Positions 39,292 to 48,349 are shown, counted from the first letter of the stretch. The stretch is DNA of 64,000 bases from an uncultured Alphaproteobacteria bacterium (GCA_946625925.1 CAMOTP010000001.1:2770-66769), one strand, 5' to 3'. The notes: generated by a model not told the origin, from the letters alone. Translations and numbers: made by a program.

Positions 39292-40854
39292 ATGGTAGAA
39301 ATTGATACAAATGCGGTTTATAAACAATTAAAAAAACAAAATGGCGAGGGTGTTGCCAAAGTAATCCGCGAAGCGGTGTTGTTGGATGTACCAAATATTG
39401 TGCATATTTTGGAATTTGCTGGGAATAATCCAGATGAAGCACGTGCGTTAATTCCTTTTATTCGTGAACGTTATAAAGCCAAAACAAAATCAGAAATTTT
39501 TGTAGATAAAAATCCGTTGGAATTGTTAAGTGATGCTGGATATGATGCGTTTGTTGTAGAAAACGAAGCACAAAAAAATTCAATTAAAAAATATTTCCGG
39601 TCGGGCGAAGAGTTATGCACTTTTAGTGATCCCGATAGGCATAAAAAATTTTATATGATTCACGCGGTTAAACGTGGTGCTGATAAAATTAAACCGGCGG
39701 CAAATCCGATGCGTCAAGATGAATATGGAACGTCTGTTATATCAATTCAAATTGCCAAAGAGGGCGGTTTTATATCAATAAAAAATCGTTATAACCATAC
39801 GGTGAATGACCCAGATGCAACATTTAGTAATTATCCTGATTTCATTATTCCAGGGCTAACAAATTCATTAAGACAATTTTTTAATGTTGATTTTGATGTG
39901 ACAGAAAGTTTGTTGCCAAATGGTTTTTGTTCTATTAACGGACAAATATTTAAATTTAATTACAGAATATGGGGAAGCATTCCGGGAAAGACGGAGTCTG
40001 GATATTATGGATATGGTGATGGTTTTTATTTTTATGGCGATAATGTTATAAAATTAAATCGTGATTATGAAATAATGCTGGAAAATTATGTCTTGAATCT
40101 TCGTGAAGGGACATTAAAGGATTTGATAAGACATGCATCCAAAGGCCCAACTGAATTTGAACAACAACGGCATCAAAGAAAATTGGAAACCAGGATTTTA
40201 TTAGAAAGGTTTTTCAAGGGTAAAAATATAAAAGTCACTATTAATTCAGAAAATAAACATGAAAAAATTATATCTGCGGATGGTGTTTGGGTGGCCAAGG
40301 TTGTTGATGGCAAAATGATTGAACTGAATTTACCAAATATTACAGAAGTTGGAGATGATTTTTTAAATGATGCCGGACATTTAAAAAAATTGTATATGCC
40401 AGATTTGGAAAAAGCAGGTAAAATGTTTTTGTGGAATGTTTATTCAATAACACAGGTGCATTTGCCAAACTTAAAAGAGGTTGGCTATTCGTTTATACCT
40501 AATGGTGCGTTGAGCCAAATAGAATTACCAAGTTTAAAACGATGTGGTGATGGATTTTTGGAACATAATAATTCTTTGACGGAATTGTATTTGCCAGAAT
40601 TACAATATGCCGATGGTAGGGAATTTTTACCTGACAATTGTGTGTTGCGTCGTTTGGATTTGCCTAAATTGAAAAAGATACCAGAATGGTTTTTATTAAA
40701 GAACACAGTTCTGGAATATTGTAATTTGCCCAGTGTGCAGAAATCTGATAGTAAAAAATTACGGCATGTGCGGTATGTTGTTGCCAAAAATAAATTAAAA
40801 TCTGGATTAAAAAGGGTGTTTTTACCGCAGAAAGCGCAAAGTTATAGTAAATAA
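39292..40854 (+). CDS. leucine-rich-repeat (BspA-type) protein, paralog 2
   Basis: Same conserved N-terminal domain; divergent middle; ~23-aa LRR units (LPNITEVGDDFL..., LPNLKEVGYSFIP..., LPSLKRCGDGFLEHNNSL...). Confidence 0.7.
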   Translation: MVEIDTNAVYKQLKKQNGEGVAKVIREAVLLDVPNIVHILEFAGNNPDEARALIPFIRERYKAKTKSEIFVDKNPLELLSDAGYDAFVVENEAQKNSIKKYFRSGEELCTFSDPDRHKKFYMIHAVKRGADKIKPAANPMRQDEYGTSVISIQIAKEGGFISIKNRYNHTVNDPDATFSNYPDFIIPGLTNSLRQFFNVDFDVTESLLPNGFCSINGQIFKFNYRIWGSIPGKTESGYYGYGDGFYFYGDNVIKLNRDYEIMLENYVLNLREGTLKDLIRHASKGPTEFEQQRHQRKLETRILLERFFKGKNIKVTINSENKHEKIISADGVWVAKVVDGKMIELNLPNITEVGDDFLNDAGHLKKLYMPDLEKAGKMFLWNVYSITQVHLPNLKEVGYSFIPNGALSQIELPSLKRCGDGFLEHNNSLTELYLPELQYADGREFLPDNCVLRRLDLPKLKKIPEWFLLKNTVLEYCNLPSVQKSDSKKLRHVRYVVAKNKLKSGLKRVFLPQKAQSYSK

Positions 40855-40857
40855 GTT

Positions 40858-42633
40858 ATGCAACAAAAGAATGAAAAATCTTTGAAAGATAAAAAAGAAA
40901 TGCAAGAAAAGCCATCTTTTCAACGACGTTTTTTTGTATGCGTATTTAATTTGTTTTTAATATCTGTTGTGTTTATTTGTGGTTATGTTGGTGTTGTGTA
41001 TTTGCGTATGCCTTCGTTGGATGCGATATTGCATGAAACGCGTTTGCCTACAATTGTTTTTCTGGATAATACAGGGAAAGAAATTCGCAGTTCTAATCGT
41101 ATTATGGGGACCCCGGTCAGTGTTGATACATTGCCACCACATGTATGGCAGGCGATTGTTGCAATCGAAGATAAACGATTTTTTGAACATGGACCCATTG
41201 ATATGCGTTCGACGGCACGTGCACTGTTTGTTAATTTGTTCAAAGGACGTTTTGCAGCAGGTGGTTCCACTATTACACAACAGACAGCGAAAAATATATT
41301 CTTGTCACGCGACAAGAAAATTTCTCGTAAGGTTCAAGAGTTAATTTTGTCCCAATGGTTAGAAAATCGTTTTTCTAAAAATCAAATTCTGGATTTGTAT
41401 ATGAATAGGGTTTCGTTGGTTGGTGGAATGCGTGGAATTGATGCGGTGGCGCGGACTATGTTTGGGGTATCTGCGCGTGATTTATCTGTGGCACAATCTG
41501 CGCAAATTGCGGCGATGTTAAAAGCACCAACATTATATAGCCCACTAAAAAATCCGGATAAAAATATTGCACGTTCACGTGTCATTTTGGCAGAAATGGT
41601 GCGCCAAAAATATATTTCATTAGATACAGCAAGAAGTGCGGCGGCGGAATTAAAACCAGCGGTCGGTGCGCGTGATACAAATATATATCGTTATTGGACA
41701 GATTATGTAATGGAAGAATTAGATTCTGTTGTTGGCGGATTGGATAGTGATGTTTATGTTTATACCACTTTGGATAAAAAAATACAAGAACGTGTTGCCG
41801 CGGTTTTGCCAAGGCATACTGGTGAATACCAGGGGGCTGTTTTGGTTATGGAACGTGGTGGCGCGTTGTTGGCAATGGCTGGTGGGGCAGATTACCAGAC
41901 AAGTCAGTTTAATAGGACATTGGCGATGCGTCAACCCGGCAGTGCGTTTAAGCCTGTTGTGTATTTAATGGCGTTGGAAAATGGATTAACACCAGATTCT
42001 TATGTTAATGATTCCAGGTTTGCGGTTGGTGATTATAACCCTAAAAATTATAATGAACATTATTATGGTGATATTCCTTTGTCGATGGCGTTTGCAAAAA
42101 GTGTTAATTCGGTGCCGGTTAAGTTAACCAAGATTTATGGAATTGATTCTGTGTTGGATATGGCTGGACGTTTAGGGGTTGGAACAAAGTTAAAACGCGA
42201 ATATTCAACTGTTTTGGGTGGCAGTGAAATGACATTATTGGATTTAACAAATATGTATGCTGTGATTTGGAATAATGGGCAATCAGTGCGTCCGTATTCC
42301 ATTACAAAAATAGTAAAACCAGATGGAACGGTTTTATATGAAAGGAATCCATCAGAACCTATCCAAGTTTTAAAACAAAATACAGTTGATGCAATGACTG
42401 AATTGTTGGCTGATGTTGTGGCAAATGGTGGAACAGGACATCGTGCGGCAGCCCCCGGTGTATTGGGTGGAAAAACAGGAACCAGTAATGATAATAGGGA
42501 TGCATGGTTTGTTGGTGCGACCGACAAAAATATAATTGGTGTTTGGGTTGGAAACGATGATTTTTCGCCTATGTCATCCAAAATAACAGGCGGAACTGTG
42601 CCTGCGGAAATATTTCATGATATCGTTAAATAA
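40858..42633 (+). CDS. mrcA: bifunctional penicillin-binding protein (GT51 transglycosylase + transpeptidase), PBP1A family
   Basis: GT51 motifs EDKRFFEH, GGSTITQQ; transpeptidase SAFKP, SVN, KTGT; N-terminal TM. Confidence 0.85.
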   Translation: MQQKNEKSLKDKKEMQEKPSFQRRFFVCVFNLFLISVVFICGYVGVVYLRMPSLDAILHETRLPTIVFLDNTGKEIRSSNRIMGTPVSVDTLPPHVWQAIVAIEDKRFFEHGPIDMRSTARALFVNLFKGRFAAGGSTITQQTAKNIFLSRDKKISRKVQELILSQWLENRFSKNQILDLYMNRVSLVGGMRGIDAVARTMFGVSARDLSVAQSAQIAAMLKAPTLYSPLKNPDKNIARSRVILAEMVRQKYISLDTARSAAAELKPAVGARDTNIYRYWTDYVMEELDSVVGGLDSDVYVYTTLDKKIQERVAAVLPRHTGEYQGAVLVMERGGALLAMAGGADYQTSQFNRTLAMRQPGSAFKPVVYLMALENGLTPDSYVNDSRFAVGDYNPKNYNEHYYGDIPLSMAFAKSVNSVPVKLTKIYGIDSVLDMAGRLGVGTKLKREYSTVLGGSEMTLLDLTNMYAVIWNNGQSVRPYSITKIVKPDGTVLYERNPSEPIQVLKQNTVDAMTELLADVVANGGTGHRAAAPGVLGGKTGTSNDNRDAWFVGATDKNIIGVWVGNDDFSPMSSKITGGTVPAEIFHDIVK

Positions 42634-42699
42634 ATTAGTATAAAAATCAGTTTTTTTATGACCGTTTTTATGATATAATTTATACACAAGTGAGTAGAG

Positions 42700-43662
42700 A
42701 TGAGTCGTTTCTTTCGTGGCTTTTTTATATTGACATTGTGTAGTTCTGTGATGCCTGCATTTGCTAATTGGCAGTATCCTGGACAGTATCAGCGCGATTC
42801 GTGGGCGGGTGATGATGGTATGCGTTTTGTGATGTCTTTGCGTGGTGGTATGGCGTATGGTAAGGGTTCAATTGCAAATGACATTGGGGGATTAACAGGT
42901 TCATATGTTAGAAATACTATTACCGGTGATATAGATACGCGTGCGTGGTTTAATGCGGCATATCCTAATGGTAATCCTGATTATGAAGATGCAGGTTATG
43001 GTCGTTTGGGTGATTTGCCCGCAGCAGAAAATTACAAGGCGGTTTCATTTATTGCGGGATTCAGTGCAGGGTTAACTATGCCGGATACACCACAATGGCG
43101 TGTGGAATTTGGTTTTGATCATATTGCCGAGGCCGATTATAATAAAAATCCATTATTTGATGGTTCGTTACATTTGACATCTGGGTATGTGGTTGATGCA
43201 CAAAGTGGTGGTGTTCAATCTTCGTTATCTACGGATGTGTACAGTGTTATGGCTTTTTATGATTTCTTTGACGGAATAAAAAAACCGGTCAGAACAATGA
43301 TTCCATATGTTGGGGCAGGTGTGGCATATGCTGATACAAAAACTATTTTGCAATTAACAGATTCTTATGGTGATTTGTCGGATGTTTATGAATTGCAAAA
43401 TTTTGGTATTGTTGATGAATATGGGGTTATAAAGTTTAATAAATCAGAAACACACAGTTCTAATTTTGCACCAATACTTTCGGTTGGTTTTTCTTATGGC
43501 GTAAATGACAGGGTGTTTTTAGATGCTGGTTTGCGCGGTATGTATATTTCCAAGGTTAAATGGCAATTAACCAGTTTGGATGATGAACGTCGTCGTGATT
43601 GGTTTAGTGCTGAAAAAATGATGTATATTACGGCTATATTTGGTATGCGTGTAGAGTTTTAG
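42700..43662 (+). CDS. outer-membrane beta-barrel protein
   Basis: Signal peptide ...MPAFA; alternating amphipathic strands; C-terminal ...MRVEF (terminal Phe). Confidence 0.6.
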   Translation: MSRFFRGFFILTLCSSVMPAFANWQYPGQYQRDSWAGDDGMRFVMSLRGGMAYGKGSIANDIGGLTGSYVRNTITGDIDTRAWFNAAYPNGNPDYEDAGYGRLGDLPAAENYKAVSFIAGFSAGLTMPDTPQWRVEFGFDHIAEADYNKNPLFDGSLHLTSGYVVDAQSGGVQSSLSTDVYSVMAFYDFFDGIKKPVRTMIPYVGAGVAYADTKTILQLTDSYGDLSDVYELQNFGIVDEYGVIKFNKSETHSSNFAPILSVGFSYGVNDRVFLDAGLRGMYISKVKWQLTSLDDERRRDWFSAEKMMYITAIFGMRVEF

Positions 43663-43714
43663 AAAATAATACTTGCATTTGTAAAAAAATTATGTCATTA
43701 TAGTCGCACGATAC

Positions 43715-43791
43715 GCGAGCGTAGCTCAGTTGGCTAGAGCGCAACCTTGCCAAGGTTGAGGTCGAGGGTTCGAGCCCCTTTGCTCGCACCA
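43715..43791 (+). tRNA. tRNA-Gly (anticodon GCC)
   Basis: GCGAGCG acceptor, D-loop AGCTCAGTTGGCTAGAGC, anticodon loop TTGCCAA, GGTTCGAGCCC T-arm, ACCA 3' end. Confidence 0.9.
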
Positions 43792-43802
43792 GAATTTTAG
43801 AA

Positions 43803-43845
43803 AACACCCGTTTGGGTGTTTTTTTGATTCTGTCGACAAAGGGGT
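43803..43845 (+). repeat. terminator-like repeat copy 1 (ACACCC-N4-GGGTGT + T7 ... CAAAGGGG)
   Basis: ACACCCGTTTGGGTGTTTTTTT; shares stem and CAAAGGGG tail with copies at 43931 and 49123. Confidence 0.65.
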
Positions 43846-43930
43846 GAGAACCCGCAGGGTTGCGAGGCGAGGTTATGAAATAACCGAAGTACTTTGCGAA
43901 GCCCAAAGTTTTAACACCCGAAAGGGTGTT

Positions 43931-43967
43931 TTTTTATTGGCAAAGGGGCGATATCGGGCCCCGCAAA
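43931..43967 (+). repeat. terminator-like repeat copy 2 (left boundary of accessory segment)
   Basis: ACACCCGAAAGGGTGTTTTTTTATTGGCAAAGGGG. Confidence 0.65.
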
Positions 43968-44092
43968 ATTCTGAAATTTTGTGGGTGATTAGTTCCGCAG
44001 GATGGCGAAATGCTTTTTTGTCCAAAATTCTTGATATTTCAGTTTTTTTTGATATTTTTACTGTGGGTATAGTGATTAAAAAGGGTAATGAA

Positions 44093-44755
44093 ATGACAAG
44101 AAATGAAGTGTTATGTAAAGTTCTTGAAATTGTAAATGAGCATAAAGCACACAACTTTCCAGAAGCCACAGAGAACAGCCGGTTTGCCGAAGATTTGGGA
44201 ATGGATTCGTTTGATATAGTTGAAACTTGTTGGGATATACAACGCGTCTTATTAGATATTGATTTTGATTATGATGATTGGGATGCTATCAAATTTAATA
44301 CTACATCAGTTAAAGATGTGGTAAATTTAGTATGTAAAAATTTAAATATTCCGGTTAATAATGCCGAAAAAAAATCAAATCTGAAATTAAATATGTTATA
44401 CCCAATTATTGCGGGGTTGTTGTTTACGGGATGTGGTTTTGTTGAATGCAAGGACAATGTTGTTGTGGTGCCTGGAAAAAATAAAATCATTGTCAAAGAT
44501 GTCAAAGACGGTCAGGAAAGAATATTTTTTACAAATAAATCAGATAACCGTTTTCAGGGGCTGAATGTTGGTGATACCATCAACGTGCGCAGACGCAGAG
44601 GTTATGGTGATTATGATTATTATAGAGTTTTTGATGATGATAACAAGTATATCCATATTGATGTGAATGATTTACATGTTGTGCGAGAAAAATTTAGATT
44701 TGATTCTATTAAAAACGCGATGTTAAGGGACAGTGTTGCACAAAACAAAAGATAA
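44093..44755 (+). CDS. acyl-carrier-protein-like domain fused to a lipoprotein-like C-terminal domain
   Basis: N-terminal FAEDLGMDSFDIVE resembles the ACP phosphopantetheine-site DLGADSLD; internal MLYPIIAGLLFTGC lipobox-like segment in the same frame; RBS AAGGG before ATG 44093. Confidence 0.5.
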   Translation: MTRNEVLCKVLEIVNEHKAHNFPEATENSRFAEDLGMDSFDIVETCWDIQRVLLDIDFDYDDWDAIKFNTTSVKDVVNLVCKNLNIPVNNAEKKSNLKLNMLYPIIAGLLFTGCGFVECKDNVVVVPGKNKIIVKDVKDGQERIFFTNKSDNRFQGLNVGDTINVRRRRGYGDYDYYRVFDDDNKYIHIDVNDLHVVREKFRFDSIKNAMLRDSVAQNKR

Positions 44756-44770
44756 AAGGGGGTATAAGAT

Positions 44771-45100
44771 ATGAAACGCAAACAAATTCAATATGCGCAA
44801 CCATATAAAATTCGCAGTGTTCAAAGTGTTTTTAATGCGGATAATGGTGTTGCAGGATATGATGTAGAGGTTTGTTTTAACGGAACCACAAATATTCCAC
44901 AACCTCGTTGGGCGGATCCTGAAAATATCTATGCGTACCAAGATGTTAACGCGGGAACCAGTCGTGTGGTTTATTATTTCCCTTTTGTTGGACATGGTGT
45001 AATAAACTGGGGCAAGATTGCGGCAAAACATTGGTTCAGAAAAATGCTGAAACAAATGGGGACATGTGTTGTGTTTGACGCGCAGGGTAATCAAAGATAA
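44771..45100 (+). CDS. small hypothetical protein A of the tandem array
   Basis: 109 aa; preceded by junction motif AAAAGATAAAAGG; ends ...GNQR. Confidence 0.5.
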   Translation: MKRKQIQYAQPYKIRSVQSVFNADNGVAGYDVEVCFNGTTNIPQPRWADPENIYAYQDVNAGTSRVVYYFPFVGHGVINWGKIAAKHWFRKMLKQMGTCVVFDAQGNQR

Positions 45101-45111
45101 AAGGTAATAAA

Positions 45112-45450
45112 ATGTCTGAATGGGGTATTGAACAACACAGTACTTTTGGAAATGCCGGCGGTTGTTTTGTCGATTGTCTTTCTTGTGTTGGTGCAGTCGC
45201 GATTATTGTTGGATTGGCAACTATTGATAGCAAGCAAGATAAACCAAGAGCAAAAGATAAAGCGCAACCAAAAGTGGAATCTGTTGAACAAAATGCCGTT
45301 GCTATTCCTCGGGATACGGCGATGTTTGTTCCTGCAAATGATGCGGTCTTTCGTGATATAGAAAAGCAAAACGAATTTTTGTTGCAAAAAACCGCCCGCG
45401 AAATAAACGAAATCGACAGATTATCACGTATGCACAGCCACACAAGATAA
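45112..45450 (+). CDS. small hypothetical protein B of the tandem array (one predicted TM helix)
   Basis: 112 aa; hydrophobic CLSCVGAVAIIVGLATI; junction motif upstream. Confidence 0.5.
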   Translation: MSEWGIEQHSTFGNAGGCFVDCLSCVGAVAIIVGLATIDSKQDKPRAKDKAQPKVESVEQNAVAIPRDTAMFVPANDAVFRDIEKQNEFLLQKTAREINEIDRLSRMHSHTR

Positions 45451-45464
45451 AAAAGGAAACAATC

Positions 45465-45938
45465 ATGGCAGATATTCCAAATACAGAATACATTACAATT
45501 AACAAAGACGGAATTTTCGTTGGTGGAAAACCTGCAGAAACATATCGAGGTGAGGAAATATTGTTGCTGAATGGTGTGCAAAAAAATTTTGCAGATATCC
45601 AAAGATTAAATGAAACCGTTGCAGAATTGCATGTGTTGTCATCGGAAACACGTGGTGAATATGTCAAGGTGGGTAATCCATCAGGAAACCATGGCCAAAA
45701 TGCATGGTGTCGGGTAAAATTTAATGATGGGCGTGTTGCTTCGTGGGTGTTCTGCAACGCGTACAGTTCGGCGGCCAATTGTGCGTTCTACTGTGCGTAC
45801 GTCTGCGCGGGCAACGTTCGCGGGTTTGCGAACTTCCGTTCGGCGGTGTTGGGTGCGGTTGATAAAGAAAAAACACCACAAACACCAATAAACCCTGTTG
45901 TGGTTGCTGCAAACAACAACGCACAAAACAAAAGATAA
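45465..45938 (+). CDS. small hypothetical protein C of the tandem array (Cys-rich; paralog of E)
   Basis: 157 aa; shares YITINKD.FVGGKPA..YRG.EI...LSSETRGEY.VGNPS..HG.NAWCR.KFN.G.V..WVF with E; last 19 nt identical to the ACP-like gene end. Confidence 0.55.
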   Translation: MADIPNTEYITINKDGIFVGGKPAETYRGEEILLLNGVQKNFADIQRLNETVAELHVLSSETRGEYVKVGNPSGNHGQNAWCRVKFNDGRVASWVFCNAYSSAANCAFYCAYVCAGNVRGFANFRSAVLGAVDKEKTPQTPINPVVVAANNNAQNKR

Positions 45939-45950
45939 ACGGTTTATAAA

Positions 45951-46241
45951 ATGACAGAATCTGATATGACCCCAAATATAATTAAAAAGTTCGTAAAACG
46001 TATTACGTACGCACCTTATATATGCAAAATACCACGTCGTGGAATACAAGAAATAACATGTTATCCTGATGCAATAGTGCTTCACTTTAATGGAAAAAGA
46101 ATAGGATACTCTGAACGCGAAAAAACAATGATTGTTCTGCCGGGTGTTCGCGGAAAAGATGGTATATGTTCTGCTCAAACTGCTGTGGCAAACTATTTAT
46201 TACAAAAAAAGAAACGTGAACAAAAGATAAAAGGTTCGTAA
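45951..46241 (+). CDS. small hypothetical protein D of the tandem array
   Basis: 96 aa; junction motif variant AAAAGATAAACGG upstream. Confidence 0.45.
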   Translation: MTESDMTPNIIKKFVKRITYAPYICKIPRRGIQEITCYPDAIVLHFNGKRIGYSEREKTMIVLPGVRGKDGICSAQTAVANYLLQKKKREQKIKGS

Positions 46242-46242
46242 A

Positions 46243-46761
46243 ATGACAGATATTAAAAATACAGCATATATCACAATTAATAAAGATGATGTTTTTGTTG
46301 GTGGGAAACCGGCGATAAAATATCGTGGGGTAGAAATAGCGTGGACTGAATATTTATGGGAACATTTTGAAGCAATACAAAAAATGCATCCAGATATTAT
46401 GGAAATGCACGCCCTATCATCAGAAACACGTGGTGAATATTGCGTGGTTGGTAACCCGTCGGCAAAACACGGTTACAACGCATGGTGTCGTGCAAAATTT
46501 AATAATGGACATGTTTCCCCATGGGTGTTTGTTAGAGAGTGTGATTCAATGGATGAATGCGCAAGTCGTTGTGCATATCAAAGTCTGGATGGCTTTCGTA
46601 TTTCTGCACAAATGCGTTCTGCTGCTTTGGGGACACCAGATCATTTGATAAAGGTATTAAAAGACGTGGATTTATCTAACTGTGTTGGGAAACCTGTGCA
46701 ATTAAACGGTTATAAAATCATTGTTGAAAAAATTGCTGAAACACAACAAATCAAAAGATAA
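46243..46761 (+). CDS. small hypothetical protein E of the tandem array (paralog of C)
   Basis: 172 aa; see C. Confidence 0.55.
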   Translation: MTDIKNTAYITINKDDVFVGGKPAIKYRGVEIAWTEYLWEHFEAIQKMHPDIMEMHALSSETRGEYCVVGNPSAKHGYNAWCRAKFNNGHVSPWVFVRECDSMDECASRCAYQSLDGFRISAQMRSAALGTPDHLIKVLKDVDLSNCVGKPVQLNGYKIIVEKIAETQQIKR

Positions 46762-46774
46762 AAAGGGAAATAAA

Positions 46775-47146
46775 ATGTCTGGTTCATACAGTGTGTTTGA
46801 CGAAAATGGACACTATAAACCTGGAACTTATAATAACGGTTATGGGGCAAAGATAGGGTGGCCAACAGAAAAATATTCTAAACATGATGCCGGTGCTTTA
46901 GATAATCAATCCGGCAAAAAATCTGGTGGTGGTATCGGTATTGAATATGATTTTTTTGTTGTTTTTTGTTGTGCAGCAATTTTTTTGACCACTGTTATCT
47001 GTGTTGGTAATCCATTTGTTTGTGAACATAAAGATAATAAAAAAACAGAAAATACAAAAAATGTTGATAAAGTCAGTCATGATGAAAAATATAATAAATC
47101 AACATTGTTTATAACTTCTTGGGCATTAAATCAGAAAATTAAATGA
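46775..47146 (+). CDS. small hypothetical protein F of the tandem array (one predicted TM helix)
   Basis: Start MSGSYSVF after AAAAGATAAAAAGGG; hydrophobic FFVVFCCAAIFLTTVICV. Confidence 0.5.
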   Translation: MSGSYSVFDENGHYKPGTYNNGYGAKIGWPTEKYSKHDAGALDNQSGKKSGGGIGIEYDFFVVFCCAAIFLTTVICVGNPFVCEHKDNKKTENTKNVDKVSHDEKYNKSTLFITSWALNQKIK

Positions 47147-47161
47147 TAAAAAGGCAAACAA

Positions 47162-47500
47162 ATGTCAGGGGATTTTTATTGCATTATCGAACACGAACCA
47201 ATTGAAATACCGGTTGCAACAGTGACTGTTCCGCGGACAAAGCATAAAGAAAGTAAAGATAATGCATCACATAGTGGTGATGATTTTTCTTGTCCTTATG
47301 ATTTAAAATATTGTGTCGAAACGATAAATGCGTATCAAAAATTTGAAGAACGTGTTAGGAATGCTTTTGAAACAGGCAGTGAAGAATTGATTTTTCAACA
47401 AGATGGTTTTAGTGTTGATTGTCCACCGTGTGATGATGTGATGCGTGCGAATTGTGCGCGTTATAAAATTTGGTGCAAAGCGCAATGTAAACAAAAATAA
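47162..47500 (+). CDS. small hypothetical Cys-rich protein G of the tandem array
   Basis: 112 aa, 9 Cys incl. CPPCDD; junction variant AAATGATAAAAAGG upstream. Confidence 0.5.
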   Translation: MSGDFYCIIEHEPIEIPVATVTVPRTKHKESKDNASHSGDDFSCPYDLKYCVETINAYQKFEERVRNAFETGSEELIFQQDGFSVDCPPCDDVMRANCARYKIWCKAQCKQK

Positions 47501-47502
47501 AG

Positions 47503-47527
47503 AACCGGTCCATTTGGGCGGTTTTTT
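47503..47527 (+). terminator. rho-independent terminator ending the small-ORF array
   Basis: AACCGGTCCATTTGGGCGGTT + T6. Confidence 0.65.
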
Positions 47528-47543
47528 ATTATAATAATAATTA

Positions 47544-47571
47544 TTGACAATATTTTATTTTGTCTTATAAT
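47544..47571 (+). promoter_or_regulatory. sigma70-like promoter (TTGACA-16-TATAAT)
   Basis: TTGACA 47544-49, TATAAT 47566-71, ~30 nt upstream of ORF 47602. Confidence 0.4.
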
Positions 47572-47601
47572 TATAAGGGCAATTAAAAAAAAGGGTGAAA
47601 T

Positions 47602-47850
47602 ATGCAAAATAAATCTAGAAAAAGAATATTAAACAATAATACTCGTGATTGGTTGGCGTGTTTATTTGGTAGCGCAGGATTTATAGCGGTTTTATTGGCT
47701 GCTGGGACTGATGATTATCGTTTCAGTTCTGAATATAATCCTGAAAAAGATAAAATCGCCAGTACAGAAACCACCACAGCGATGGCATTGGGGGGAACGG
47801 CGGCATTGTTGGGCGCAACAATTTTGTTGGCAGGCAAGAAAGAATATTAA
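47602..47850 (+). CDS. small two-TM membrane protein (holin-like topology)
   Basis: 82 aa; two hydrophobic helices (LACLFGSAGFIAVLLAAG, MALGGTAALLGATILLAG); charged C-terminus. Confidence 0.45.
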   Translation: MQNKSRKRILNNNTRDWLACLFGSAGFIAVLLAAGTDDYRFSSEYNPEKDKIASTETTTAMALGGTAALLGATILLAGKKEY

Positions 47851-47874
47851 TCCAGATAATTACAGGGGGGTATC

Positions 47875-48336
47875 ATGGCAAGTACAGGTGCTATTACATC
47901 GCAGTATGTAAATTTCATCGGAAACGAAGTTGTCAATAAATTTGGTGGTTCTTACCAGACATATGAAAGTATGGGCAGATTGTGGCGTCAAAAAATGGAT
48001 TATAATCCAAAAGTTGAAGAATTTGCTGTTTCGCAATCTAAATTATTTTTAAGACTGTTGGATATTCGTGACCAAGGCAACTTTAATATGATGTATAAAG
48101 TTTGCTATAACATCGCAGAATATTTGTCAAAATATATTGTCAAAAAATCGCCAGAGTTAACCAGAGCAAAGGTTACAGATACATTGTTAGACGAGTTGTT
48201 TTTGCATTCTGACAGATTTGTTGCGAAATTTAACAAGGCTTATAAACGCCCGATTGATATGTCTGATACTAATTATGTGACATATAATCCAGGGGTTATT
48301 GCGATGTATAAAGCTATACATGGTACGCAACATTAA
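47875..48336 (+). CDS. hypothetical protein
   Basis: 153-aa ORF, no recognised domain. Confidence 0.4.
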   Translation: MASTGAITSQYVNFIGNEVVNKFGGSYQTYESMGRLWRQKMDYNPKVEEFAVSQSKLFLRLLDIRDQGNFNMMYKVCYNIAEYLSKYIVKKSPELTRAKVTDTLLDELFLHSDRFVAKFNKAYKRPIDMSDTNYVTYNPGVIAMYKAIHGTQH

Positions 48337-48349
48337 AAGGGATTTATTG

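Noticed and set aside
43844-44092. Upstream part of ORF 43844..44755 (MRTRRVARRGYEI...)
   Set aside because: It spans two terminator-like repeats and has no RBS. A good RBS and ATG at 44093 begin the ACP-like domain, so the upstream extension is treated as non-coding.
44741-47160. Possibility that the regularly spaced 13-nt junction repeats represent a CRISPR-like array
   Set aside because: Spacing is 340-520 nt, not 25-40. The intervening sequence is protein-coding with RBS/ATG at fixed offset, and repeats are not palindromic. This is a gene-cassette junction, not CRISPR.
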